Shown piece by piece: positions 13,301 through 26,055 of a stretch of 64,000 nt of DNA; the stretch's first letter is position 1, and every line of letters begins with the position of its first letter. The DNA comes from Trichosphaerium sp. ATCC 40318 (Eukaryota; Protista; Tubulinea): the NCBI GenBank assembly GCA_038496445.1, contig JALMLS010000411.1, positions 124,001 through 188,000 on the forward strand. The letters run 5' to 3'. A program made the translations under genes and the position numbers. Below the pieces are notes generated by a model. That model had not been told where the DNA came from, did no database searches, and was given only the letters and a program-made list of their open reading frames with translations.

Positions 13301-14359
13301 ATTTTATATTTATCAAACAGTTGTATTGCACTGAGATTTATTTTTTCGTGTAACCGACTATTTTGATCAACTGCGCAAGATCCAGCCATCGAATACAACG
13401 GTATGCTATTATCACATACTACAGCCTACCATGTGATGCTTTGGGATGAGACTAGGAGTAGATTGGTTGCGCTCAGCAACTTTTTATTTCATGAAGGGAT
13501 CCATTGCTTGGTTTGGCTTTTACAAATTTTGTTTCTGAGTGTAGCTGAAGCACAGCACTCATAAATAATGTTTGACAGACAGATCCACATTAATACAGCA
13601 TCTGTAGTTCTAAGACTCATTGTTTTCCTGTAACATACTCATGTGGTAGATATTAAAGTGTGGTTACATCACATATACGAAAAGCCATACTGACATTAAA
13701 GACGCATAACCAACTGTTTAAAACTTGAAACAACACTCACGCCAAATGTAGATCAATCTAAATTCGTTAATGGATCAATCTACAATCGATTCTGGCTCGA
13801 AAAGCAGAGTAGACAGTAAGCCCTCCGTTGTATACATAATGTAGGCCTCAAATAAAGTAAATATTGTTTTTCTTTCGTTTATAACGTATGAACATCTCTT
13901 CTAGCTGTATATTTTGTTCCTTGAGCGTAATACTGAACAAACAAACGACTAAATTATTGGCACTAAAATGCGTAAATCAAATTGAACTAATCACGTGGAC
14001 TTGTAAAGCTACATCCGTGATATATTTCAATAGCGCATAGAACACGAATTCATACAGTTCACAAGTTTGATTAGCCTAAGCCGTGTAAAAACTATTTAGA
14101 CTTGCGTTTCCAATGAGGAAAATGCTCCCACAAAGCAAATTGGGACATCCTGTTTTGAAAAATGGGTAATGCCGTATATTTAGCACTTCTTTGAAAGTCG
14201 GAACGCAAATAGCTATTACACGTTTTCGAACTTTCGTATGTAGGTTTACCTTTACATAAAGTTATAGTGGTGTATCACAAAAAACCCATAACAAAGTGCG
14301 AACACATTTTTTGTTTCTAAACACTATTGGTTTCTTATCATATCACAAAAACCTCTGTA

Positions 14360-14824
14360 ATGACAACAACACATCTCGTACTACTCTTAGTCGCTCTGAT
14401 CTGTATCGTCGGTGTCTCTTGTAGCACACCCGCTGTACGTACACCGTTTTTGTTGACAAAAACCCGGCCGTATTCGCTAGCGCAGTACTTGTTGGCTTTT
14501 TACCCAAACGGCACAACTAACCATCAAACTCTTTCTTCGTGTTTGTCTTTGGAAGTATACCTATCGCTAGCTAACTCTATATTGTAGAGTTATACACAGT
14601 GCCGGGCAGCATGCAGTCTTTTCTACGCCGTCTGTTTACACGTAAACTCAGATCCTGCCAATGACCCTGTTGAAAACTGTCCACATAACCTAGCTAATTG
14701 CGAGAACTATTGTTGCGATGTTTTCTTTCCTGCCTGTTGTTCACCAAGTGATAACTGTGGTAATGATGGTGGTAAAAGAACGATAGGTAATCTGTTTGCA
14801 CCTGAGAATACTGTACACCAATAA
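14360..14824 (+). CDS. Small secreted cysteine-rich protein (3 exons)
   Basis: Signal peptide MTTTHLVLLLVALICIVGVSC; two GT-AG introns. Last exon: SYTQCRAACSLFYAVC...NCENYCCDVFFPACCSPSDNCGNDGGKRTIG...HQ*. Confidence 0.75.
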
Positions 14825-15159
14825 ATCAGACGACAAATCTCAGTTCTAGTTTTACTTTGTTTCTTCAACTATACAGGAAGTTAGAAGTCTTTGGAAGCCT
14901 AGAATATCATACTGTCCGTACAGTGAACACTTTATCGTAAAAAAGAAAGTCGAGTCGTCCATCCATGTTCTCTTGTGGTAACAATACTTTTACAATAAAA
15001 CTGGAAGTGTAGAAAAAACAACAAAAATTTAGTTATTTCGCTTTGTGTCAAAGCATCTTGTAACTTTATAGAGGATAGGCTAACGACATAGACAGTGTAC
15101 GAAGAGGCAAAAGCAAAAATGTTAAAGGTGATCACGTGAGGACATTGAAGACTGTATAA

Positions 15160-15333
15160 CGTCCTTGGCTTTCGAGATATGTATCGTTCAGAGAGAAAGA
15201 GTTAAAAAAACCTTTTAATAAACAACGGATTCTTATACAATCATGTATAACCGGATGCAATGGACTTGGAGATCAGATAAAAGGAACAATGACAGCTTTC
15301 TTACAAGCAATACAATTTGAGCGAGCTTTCTTG
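15160..15333 (+). pseudogene. Fragment of a fucosyltransferase-like glycosyltransferase
   Basis: Frame reads RPWLSRY...QSCITGCNGLGDQIKGTMTAFLQAIQFERAFL, resembling the GLG(D/N)R...AF...R start of GT-B fucosyltransferase-like domains. In-frame TAA immediately upstream and no intact continuation. Confidence 0.4.
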
Positions 15334-15342
15334 GTGTGTACT

Positions 15343-15557
15343 AAAATGTAGAGAAAAAAGTCGAAAAAATGTCAAAGTGATATTGAACTGTTCGCCACAA
15401 AGGGAGACAACTGGGTTATGGCGCTCAGTCGCCGCTAGGCTCTGCCCCCCCAAACCCCCCCTGAAAGGGGGGGCTTTCTAAATAGTTCCTATGGCATAAT
15501 ATAGGATAATTAGTGTGCCGAATTTTCGACTTTTTTTTGACAAAGTTCTACATATTT
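15343..15557. mobile_element. Possible short non-autonomous element (MITE-like)
   Basis: 14-bp inverted repeat AAAAAAGTCGAAAA (15354-15367) / TTTTCGACTTTTTT (15523-15536), outer TGTAGA/TCTACA, and an internal GC-rich C7-TGAAA-G8 hairpin. No target-site duplication identified. Confidence 0.3.
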
Positions 15558-15774
15558 GGTTTCCCCGCTTTCTTCATTGACGTCAATTCAATGCCTCATT
15601 GGAGAGCTGTAACTGGTTGGAGATTTAATTGGACTTTAGATGAAAGTAGGTATCCGCAGTATGTTGCGGCGGTTTTTCGGACATAGTCTTGTGCCAAGCC
15701 TAAAATAACTCATATCTCATTTCAACTTGTTTGCAACCACTCCTAAGCCTGAAATACGAAATAAGCCAATTGAA

Positions 15775-17153
15775 ATGGAAAAAGGGGCATCTAACACCAT
15801 AGCTCAAACGTACGTGCAAATTAGTCTATAAACCTAATGTAATCGCTTTATAGTCCGAAAGAAAGCCTTTTAGACCTTCCGGAAGAGATTTTAGCACTTA
15901 TATTACGACAAACGACTAAAGCACGCTTTGCGGCATCACAAACATGTCACCACCTTGCATCTATCGTTCACGATATTATTGGATACAGTAGCGTTCATAT
16001 TTCGACTGCCGAACAAGCAAGAGCAGTTTTAAAACATTCAAGTACTCTACGCCACACAAGAATCATACTGAGCTCATTTGATACCGATGACATTGTCAAA
16101 TTATTATCTGGTGCTCGTTATATTACTCTGTTTAAAGCAAATGTTACAGATGAGGGGATAAAAGCACTTGCCGGAGTTCATACAATTGAACTTTACGATT
16201 GTAGGAAGATAACAGATGAAGGTTTTAAAGCTCTCGCTGGTGTTCATACAATTGATCTAAGAGGCACAGAGATAAGGAATGAAGGCCTCAAAGCACTTGC
16301 TGGTGTTCATAAAATTCAGCTTAACCTTTGTTCAATAACAGATGAAGGGATAAAAGCTCTTGCTGGAGTTCATACAATCAGTCTTAACCTTTGTTCAATA
16401 ACAGATGATGGCATTAAAGCTCTTGCTGGAGTTCATACAATTGATCTTACCTGTTGTATGAAGATTACAGATGAAGGAATAAAAGCTCTTGCTGGTGTTC
16501 ATGACATTAGCCTCTGTAGTACTAACATAACAGATGAAGGTATAAAAGCTTTTGCTGGTATTCATACAATTGCTCTCAGGAGCACATATGCAACGGATGA
16601 AGGGATAAAAGCACTTGCTGGAGTTCATACAATTGATCTTAGTTATTGTAGGACTAACATAACAGATGAAGGTATTAAAGCTCTCGCTGGTGTTCATACA
16701 ATTAATCTTGCCCATTGTAATATTACAGATGAAGGGGTAAAAGCTCTTACTGGTGTTCATAATATTTGTCTCATGGGTTGTAACAAAATTACGGATGAAG
16801 GGATAAAAGCACTTGGTGGAGTTCATACAATTGATCTTAGAAATTGTGAGAACATAACAGATGAAGGTATTAAAGCTCTCGCTGGTGTTCATACAATTGA
16901 TCTAAGAGGCACAAATATAAGAAATGAAGGCCTTAAAGCTCTCGCTGGTGTTCATACAATTAATCTTGCCCATTGTAATATTACAGATGAAGGGATAAAA
17001 GCTCTCGCTGGCGTTCATGAAATTGATCTTAGTTATTGTAAGGAGCTAACAGATGAAGGTATAATAGCTCTTGTTGGCGTTCATAAAATTACCACATTTG
17101 ATGTTAAAGTAAGCACAGAATGTCTTGCAGAAGTACAAAGGAACAGAAACTAA
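15775..17153 (+). CDS. F-box + leucine-rich-repeat protein
   Basis: Short first exon and a GTACGT..TAG intron, then LLDLPEEILALILRQ (F-box) and about 15 tandem 21-23 aa LRRs of type ITDEGIKALAGVHTIxL in one open exon. Confidence 0.88.
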
Positions 17154-17590
17154 TTAGTATTGTCAGCATACTTCTCAGACTCACCAATAAATATCCTTTT
17201 TCTAAATTTGTGTTCATGTCTATGTTAGAATATCAGCTGGTGTCAACTGGAGTGGTAAGAGACTATTTTGTATTTACACTAGAGAGCACGTGATTGAGCT
17301 CTTTAAGCGAAGAAAAAAAAGCATAAAAAGGAGTTGTTTTTTAGGGTCTGGGCCTTGTAATTACTGCAGCTCTAGCTATTACTTACAGCAACGTATATTT
17401 CAACCACAACTGTGGGTGGACCTACAGTTATTTATGCTAACAAATATCCTTAACTTCTTTACAATATTACCCATTGAACAAGTTTTGTTGAACTTCAAGT
17501 TCATCACTCTAAGGTTACAACCACATGAAACAAGCACTTTGACAGATGGAGCGAAGCAAATCGATTTTTATAGTAATCCAAATACAGGGT

Positions 17591-18854
17591 TTAAGAACCA
17601 ATGGTATCTGAGATCCATTTGTTGGCATAAGAAACCCGTCCGTATACGCCATACCTATCTGGAAGGCCACATCCGATACCCCTTGAAAGCTAGTTAGAAA
17701 TCATCATCGAATCCTGTTGAAATGCGTACCATGATACAACACCGACTTGGATCCAAGTACCCTCAGGCTTGATTGCAAGCGGACCACCAGAATCACCGTG
17801 ACAAGAGTCTTTGCATTTTGGTTGATTTGGACCGTCGCATGGGCCTATGATGCCTGCACAGAGCATGGCTTGGGTAATATTGTATTTAGGGTAGTATTTG
17901 CCACACTCAACGTTGCTAAAATCACGTGGTGAGAAACGTCGTTGTAAAAACCCAAACGTCATATTAGTACGTTGTGAGAGGGACGTCTACCCAACGTAAC
18001 AAGTTGGTGCCGTCACCGCTTTCTTTGGTTGCGCCCCATCCTGTTATGAATGCATCAACATTGCCTTCATCCCACTTATTATCAGCTGGTGTAGCCAATT
18101 GAATTGGAAAGCTAAACAGTAGATAAACATCACCAAAGAAAAACCAGTGATGTACGTTACATTGTCCATAGCAATATCTTGGATGATTGGTAGAAGAGCC
18201 ATATCTCCAGAAATGGTGTCAGGGTTCCATCCAGGGAATCTCATAGCAGCGCCAGTGTCGTATCTGATTAGTACGAGTTAGCACATTAACAAAAAAAACT
18301 AAACCAGGAACAACAAATGGATTGTAGAACATACATTTTACCACCTCCGCTGTTAGCACGATTATCAAGTGAACCTAATGAATCATTAATTTTTGTCCGT
18401 AACACGTGGTCAATAGTAGAAAAGGACCAAAATGGCTAAAACAGAAAATTGTTGGGTCAACTGTAAATTTCGCTAGTTGTTTTGAGAGTACGTACCAACT
18501 TTGATTTTGTAACGTCCTCCATTGGTTACACAATGAGCTGCAGTGAGTACCCATTTTGAGTTGATAATAGAGCCACCACAGAATTGTAGGCCAGAATCTG
18601 TTCCAAGTAGAGCTACAGTCCATCCAAAGGTATTTGGCGCCTCTACAGACTCACCACCAACAACACCGACACTGAAAAAAGCGGTTAGCACGCACGTGAA
18701 CCAAAATAAAATTTAAAAAAACATACCTGTTTTTCTTGTACAAGAACGGGTTAACATCCTCGTAGTTAAACTGTTCATGACGGATTTCGTAAGGAAGTTC
18801 CATGGCGATGGCCATGACTATCAGCGCAGCCACTATTTGTAAAACCTTTGTCAT
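17591..18854 (-). CDS. Secreted trypsin-like serine protease (family S1A)
   Basis: Signal peptide and propeptide, VVGG mature N-terminus, [39 protein letters not shown]. Confidence 0.95.
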
Positions 18855-19343
18855 ACCTTGTTGTGCTTGCAAAACTGAATGAGGTTACTACAAGTCAAAC
18901 ATCTTAAAATGCGAAAGAAGTGTCAAAAAAGAATTCACATTCAAAATTTTATTCTCTTGTCCACAAAAAATGTCCCACTGAAAATGAAATCAGACATACA
19001 GTAACCGGAATGTACAATGGACATAGCTAAAACGAACAAAGATGGCTACATAAATTTACAAAGACACCTCAGGCAACTTTATTTCTCGACTGTATTTCAA
19101 CTTCAGAAATACTCGCTATGGTTTACGTAAGTTAGCTCTATCTTTTATCTATATAAGGTCACTATATAGCACTATATCTCGGACTCGCACGGCTATCCCG
19201 CTGAGTCTCGGATCATTAACTGAACATCACTTAGATTGAGTTGCGTAAGTCACGTGTAAGTTCAATACGCCTTAGTCTCTTGCGTATTCAACAAGTTTTT
19301 ACTCTCTACCTTGTTTTGGTTAGGTGTTCTCAAGTGTCAAGAG

Positions 19344-19439
19344 ATGGTTGATGAAACTGGAAAACGCAATGTGTATCCAGGACGAACAGTTCTAAATGAT
19401 GAACTATTCGTCCACTTATGTTCATTTTTAAATTCTTGA
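19344..19439 (+). pseudogene. Possible F-box gene relic
   Basis: MVDETGKRNVYPGRTVLNDELFVHLCSFLNS* resembles the F-box start (LPDEILxxIFSFL) and stops at once. Confidence 0.25.
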
Positions 19440-20080
19440 GAGACCAAGAAAACCATGGACAAGAAATATGAATATTACTTGTATTCACAATGGAAGAACA
19501 TTAGTCAACCTACGTCATTACACATGTTTACGCCATAACAATGGCTGAAAGTTTTAAAGACGTAACAATTAGTTAAAACAACAATTCTACACTACAATAA
19601 TATTCGATAAGTACTACGACGAATTCAATACTAAAACAGCTAAGGCAATTTTCCAAAACAGGCAACAACAAAGCTTTTGTTTTAGTAACCCTACAATTGT
19701 TCAAAACGAGTTTGTATTGTAGTCACTCGAAATAATGATAAAGCCAAATTACTTTTCGGGGTTTTGACACAAAACTCTAAATGTTCGCTAAACTCTCAAA
19801 AAACATGTTTATACGCGTAGGAGTGTATGCTCTTGCGCTCCTACGAATTTGCTCTTCCAAATACTAAAATAAGCCCAAATTAATGTATGTAAGCGCTAAA
19901 TTCCCGTGTGAACGTATTTAATGGACTGGTTCTTTTGCTAGTTATCAAAAGAGGGATTATTCAGTAAACCTAATGTATTTGGAGCTGAAAGTCTACAATA
20001 GGACTGAAATTTCGATATTTTTAGGTTTCGACATACATCCATAACAGTAAGCTTAACAACGGATTTACGATTGTGAGGTC

Positions 20081-22676
20081 ATGTTCAATAAGCCTAGCGT
20101 TGTAATACGTAAATACTTAGTGTATGTCGTTATTATAGCGGCTATCGTTGGTTGTGAAAGCAAGTTCTACTACATGAGACCTGATGGAACAGGTGATGGT
20201 ACATCAGAAGATATGTACGTCAACAAACAAAGTATATAAACTGTCTAATCTATACAGAAGGGCTGCAGGGAAGTTCAATGCAATAAACGGACTACAAGGA
20301 GGTGATACTGTACTTGTATCTGGTGGCAACTATACATCATTTTACAAATGCTCGTATGATGCTGATACAATCCACCCGTTACTCTTTAGGAATTTAACGG
20401 GGTCACCAAGAAACCATGTTATTATCAAAAACAAATTAGGTAATAAGCTATTGCTTCATTGCTAGTACTGACGTTAATGTTGTTAGGCGAGGAACCTTGG
20501 TTTTTTCTTGATTTAGAAGTTGGTTGTTTGCCTAACTTTGGAGACTACGGCGAGAGGAATATTTGGTTCTGGTCAACATTACATTTTGTTGATGTAGCTC
20601 ATGTAACGTTCCAAGGTATAAACGTTGGCTCTGGTATATGTACGTTCATAAGGCTGTAATTTCTGTTTTTTTCTTAATTGTATTGATATTGTTTACTAGC
20701 TCGAGGATTCGGATGTGATAGATGTACAGACGTTTTGTTTGTGGACGCAAAGATGCGTGATTGCGGTGGACATTGTATCAACTTAGCGTTCAGTACAGAT
20801 GTAACCATAGAGAACTTGGATATTGTACCAGGAAGACGTGAGCAAAAGACACCAAAGCAGGTTGCAAACAACTAATGAGGTTTATTTTAGCTCTAGGAAT
20901 AGAAGAACTAGTCTATGGAGGTATGGTAGAGGAGTATACTTGTTTAAGGCGATATTAACAACTTACTTAGGTGTAGGTTCTAGCAATTGCACCCGAACAA
21001 CAGTAAGAAATGTAGCTATTTCAGACGGTGACTTTGGTATTTCTCTTACTGGTACCTTTTCAACAGTACGTACTTGTGTTGTTACGTTGAACCTACGTTT
21101 TGTCTGTAAAACATTGTGCCACGTGCACATTTGTTTTTTTTTTTCAGCTGTTTCCAGTTGTAACTGACAAAAAATAGGTTATACGGGATAGTAGGCTACT
21201 TAATAATACCATTCAAGTTCAACTACGTAACCAAAATGATGACGTGGTCATAAGCAGGTATTGGAGCTTCTTTATATATTACTTTTTCAGTGCTTAAAAG
21301 TTTTTGTAGCAATGTGGTGTCTGGTGGTAACCATACTGTTTTCAATTTTTGTCCTGTCTGGGATCCAATTGACTGTAGCAATGCTACAGCAAACAATTTG
21401 AGGGTCTCAAACAATCTCTTTATTAATGTTGCCAACGTGACAAATCAAACTCTGAAGCCTGTTGGAGGTGGATTTTATTACAATGTATTTCACAACATCT
21501 ACGATCATAACGGTATGTTCCCTGGGTTCTCCTCATGTGTTGAGATACGAAACAATATCTTATCAGGGTACGCCACTCATTCTTATGGCATCAATCCAGT
21601 CACGTGTCTTATGTATTATATAGAGGAACTGTGAACCCCACTCAAGAATTGATGTATCTTCGTATTTGTAATGACGAAATGAGCCATAATAACTTTCACA
21701 AGGAAGACGGAGGCGAAGCCTACAATTCTTCTTTTAATCTTGGCAGCAACTTCAATGTAGATTCAAAATTTAAAACTGAAATCACAGATGATCCTGAGAG
21801 TACACGACTTAGTCTGTCATCACCTTTACTTTATTCCGGGATAAGTGTTAGCGAAAAAACAGATTACGAAGGCAACTCACGTAGAGATAGTGGCACAACA
21901 CTAGGTGTGTAATTACTTCTTTTCGCACTTGTTCACTTACAAAAACTGGGAGCGCTGATGACATGGTAGGGCTTTACAGGGAGTGTTTTAATGTTGTACA
22001 TAATGATGCATGCCTTAAAGTAGGTTCATTCGATATTGAAAGGATATTTAGGCCAATTAATGAAGCTGTTATTAATGGTACTTGGACAACATCCGCTTTG
22101 TTGAATATTTATACTTGCTGTAGGAGTTATCATTATTAACAACGATGCAATACTTTCATTTAACGGTTCCACAATACACGTGTTCACGAATAGCTGCGTT
22201 TCATTACAAGGTAAAAATTGAGAATACTTGCAATTGTTAACTTTGTTCATTCTAGGAACAATTCAAGTTAGCTTTAATAACATTACAGCAAATTCAAACT
22301 ATACTCTTCTTGAATTTCCTAAGACATGCGCCATAAGTACAGATAATATTACAGTAACAAGTGATGAGCCTTGTAGTGAAACAAGTCTTAATGTCATTGG
22401 TAAATAATTTTTTGTTTTTTTTTTGTTGTTAACTGACCTTTTGTGTTAGGCTCTTCGGTTATCTTAGTTTTGGTGCCGAAATCATGTCTATTTGAAACTG
22501 CAGAAAATTTGGAGGTATTCATTATAGGAGGATCAGTTGGAGCACTAATAGTTATTATTGTGTTGATTGCTTTTGTCGTTTTAATTTGGAACATGTGTTC
22601 CAAAAAGGAAAGCAAATTATTTCTGTATCAGAATTCAAGAATTATAGCTCCTAATGGTATTGTCTCTGAAGCATAA
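20081..22676 (+). CDS. Type I membrane protein with right-handed beta-helix (pectin-lyase-like) ectodomain
   Basis: Signal peptide; YYMRPDGTGDGTS and GDTVLVSGGNY at the N-terminus; Asn-rich NN(L/I)F repeats; SPLLYSG...DYEGNSR motif; C-terminal TM helix IIGGSVGALIVIIVLIAFVVLIW. Confidence 0.7.
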
Positions 22677-23115
22677 GTAGGCTTAAGGGGTAGATTGACA
22701 AGAAAAAACATGTACATTAATAAAATAATATTTGTGATCGGCACTAGACACTTTTATCGGAGCTTTTGCTATCCATGTTGGGTACTTTCTACAGTGATTC
22801 CAAAGCAATATTAGAGGGTACAGTCTGTATAATGTCTAAAGAGTCGTGACTTGGTTACTCACGTGATAATTACTTTATATGACTATTGGAAAGACTCTTG
22901 CTTTTACCTATACCATTTGGAAAAGTTTCTAGTACGCTGCTTGTGCTTGTTTGAAGGTACTTCAAAAGTCAACCTTGCCTCAAATGCGTTTAATGTAGAG
23001 AACTCTTCTTACAAGCGAGGATGTTGTTTCTTCCTTGGCCAGTTGAGTGATTTGTACATTTGGTACTCCCAAGACAGCAAGAATTAATCGACGAATTGCC
23101 TCTTTATTTTTGAAT

Positions 23116-24986
23116 TTATTGGAGTACTTTTTTGCCATTCTTCTTCACGCATTGTAGTGTTAGTTTTCCATTTTGATCCCATTCTTTGTACTCACCATTA
23201 TCCAAGTTATTTCTAGTCATACATTGTAGTTTTATTTGCCCATTCTCATACCATTCTTTGTACTCTCCTTCATACTTTGAGTTCACAAAGTAGCATTGTG
23301 TACATAAATTCCCGTTTTGGTACCATTCCTTGTACTCTCCTTCTTTCTTACCTCCCTTGAAGAAGTTCTTAACGTAAATTTGACCACACTTATACCACAT
23401 CCTAGCTAAACCTTCGGCTTTTCCATTGACACGAGTCAAACATCGTTTCATTTGTCCATTGGGATACCATTCTTTTTCTTCTCCATGAGGAATACTGTCC
23501 TTTACATAAAACTGTAAATACAACTGTCCATTCCTGTGCCAACGTTTTACTTCGCCTTGTACTTTATCATCCCATTCATAGAAGCGCTTGTGTAATTGTC
23601 CATTGTCATAGAACTCTTCATACTTTCCTGCCGTTTTGCCATTCCTTGCTGTATACTGTACTTGTAGTTTACCATTTTCATACCATTGCCTACTCTCTCC
23701 ATGTTCTACGCCGTGTTTCCAAAATCGTTGAGTTACCAACTGTCCATTACTGTACCAGCAATTGCGTTCTCCTTCTTTTTTGCCATTGTGAATCGTATAA
23801 ACCTGTTTCATTTGTCCATTTTCATACCATTCTTCCACTAGTCCTTCCATGACGTTATCAACAAAGTGTGCACATACCGACAGTTGTTTATTCTTATGCC
23901 ACTCCTTGTGCTTGCCATTCTGCTTTCCGTTCTTGTACATAGCACTTATAATCTTACGCCCATCTTCATAGATGATGGTCTTGCCATCCGTTACCTCAAC
24001 ACAAGATGTAATTTGGCCATCTTCGTTCCACTGTTTTACAGTGCCGTAAGGCTTACCATTGCAACAGAATTTTTCTAATTTTCTTGTTCCATTTTCGTGG
24101 TAGTACGTTTCTTTTAGACATTGTTTGCCATTGATAATTTTAATGTTACCTTCTTTGATCATTTCTTGGTTATACAAGTCATCTGTGCTATCTTCGAAGA
24201 ACAAACAAGATTTAAGGTTTCCATTCTCAAAATATTCTTTCCTAAACCTCGCCACTTTTTTGCATTGACGAAAGTAGTGTATCTTTAGTTTGCCATTTTC
24301 ATACCACTCTTTCACTTCACCTTCTTTTATTCCATCTGTGGCGCTCATATATGCTTTCATATTACCATTTTCATACCACTTTTGGAGTATTCCTTCCACC
24401 TTGTCGTTTTTTAGCATTCCTTGTACTGCTACCTGTCCGTTTTCGTGCCACTCTTGATGCTTTCCTGTCCCCTTTCCATTTTCAAAGAAGCATTGTTCAG
24501 CAATCTGCCCATTCGAGTGCCACTTCTTTCTCTCACCATGAGTTTTGCCTTGTAAATAGAATGATTGATACTGCAGCTGCCCGTTCTCATACCACTGCAA
24601 TGCCTTTCCATTTGTCTTTCCGTATTTATGATAGTAATGCGCCTGAAGTTGTTCGTTTTTATACCATTGTTTTATCTCGCCAACAGGTAGTTGAATCATG
24701 GCCTTTAACTCTCCTGTTGAAAACCACCGCTTCCAGATACCCTTTTTTCTAAAATCATTCGTAAAGTGAGTGTTTTTAGCAGCTGCAGCAGACAGTAGGT
24801 GATATTTTATGTAAACTTCTTTATCGAGCGAGCATATGTAACGTTGAACATCATTTGGTAATGTCAGCAGACCACGTGATACCGAGCGAGCTAAAGAATA
24901 AAAGTTAGCCGCTAAAAATACGAGAAAGGTTATATCACTTGCTACTACGCACCGTCTAGTCTAATTTGCTTTTGTGAGGTTCGCAT
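23116..24986 (-). CDS. F-box-like + MORN-variant repeat protein, copy A
   Basis: ATG at 24986, short exon MRTSQKQIRLD and a GTGCGT..TAG intron, then LLTLPNDVQRYICSL (F-box-like) and >20 repeats of GxxxxWYENGQ in one exon. Confidence 0.85.
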
Positions 24987-25648
24987 AAGCAGTACCAAGA
25001 ATTGTTCCAACGTGTCAACAAACTCGTTGGTTTGAATTTTTGCACTTACGTAACATATTGGCTATAAGTGTTGTGCACATTTCTTAAACACCCTATCTGC
25101 TGTAGGCCCTAGTCATGCATAAACACCTTATGAGTGCTCTACTCCACTAAAAACGCAATTCTCTAGCGGTAGCACATGTCCTGTTACACAGTTATCCTTT
25201 GCTATTCTTAGAATACATGTATTTAGTTACGCATTCGTCAATCAGAGCTATTTCCTGAAGCTACTTAGACGTTGTACGTTTTTAGAAGAAAAATACTACA
25301 CGTTTCTTCGGAGTTGACTTAAGTCTCACTAATTCACGTGTTCCAATCATTTCGCCTGGGTATAAAACTCCACTGAACTACACTTTCTTAGATTGATTGC
25401 AAGTTGCAATGTGAAATTTGTTGAACACATGTGCCCATTGATATAACCAAAACTCTTAATTGACTTAAAAGAGTGAGATGCTGAGAACTATCCCTAAATG
25501 TTGGACAGAACGCCATTTATTAATGTGGTAGAGTGTACTTGTATTTTTAGTGAGATCTATGTTAGATCATCACAGAGAGCATGGATTGATTGACCCATGG
25601 CACGGGTTTTATTCGCAAGATATTTTTTATGCGAGAAGACGCAGACAC

Positions 25649-25675
25649 ATGTCGTTGGTACAATCTGTACTATTC
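25649..25675 (+). pseudogene. 5' stub of the OAS-like gene carried on the duplication
   Basis: ATGTCGTTGGTACAATCTGTACTATTC (MSLVQSVLF) is nearly identical to the OAS-like start at 52958-52932; homology stops abruptly afterwards. Confidence 0.7.
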
Positions 25676-26055
25676 GAAAGCTTTACACATCTCATTCTAT
25701 CAAATCTGCATCCAAAATACAAGTTCCTACAATTGTAAATGTCTTTGGCATCCAGCCACTTCACTATGCTTACAATATAAATACTAACTCATAGGTTTTT
25801 TGTTTTAGGTATTCTATTCAGTAATAGGAAAGGTGCGAAATGTGTTGAGTAATGGAGAAGAAACATTTGACAGAAGGCAATAAATTTACTTTCACGATTT
25901 CGTGATTTTTTTTTTCTTTGTTCAAATACTTTGTTTGAAACTTGTACAGTGTTACAAAAGTGCTATTCTACAAATACGTGCGTTGGGTTTTTTTTTAGTG
26001 TCAATCAACTCAACAAAAAAGAGTTGGTTTTTTTTCCAGGAATAAAGTGTTTCTA

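Larger units (their letters stand above)
23087..25675 (-). repeat. Copy A of a ~2.5-kb inverted segmental duplication (partner 52932-55453)
   Basis: Reverse complement matches 52932-55453 across the F-box/MORN CDS, its intron, the upstream non-coding region and the first codons of the OAS-like gene. Confidence 0.92.

Noticed and set aside
16140-17070. Regular ~66-nt DNA repeats with variable spacers, superficially CRISPR-like
   Set aside because: In-frame LRR coding repeats in a eukaryotic gene; no cas genes.
19135-19295. TCTAT-rich start plus two small hairpins, Helitron-like
   Set aside because: No CTRR terminus next to a hairpin and no second copy in the window.
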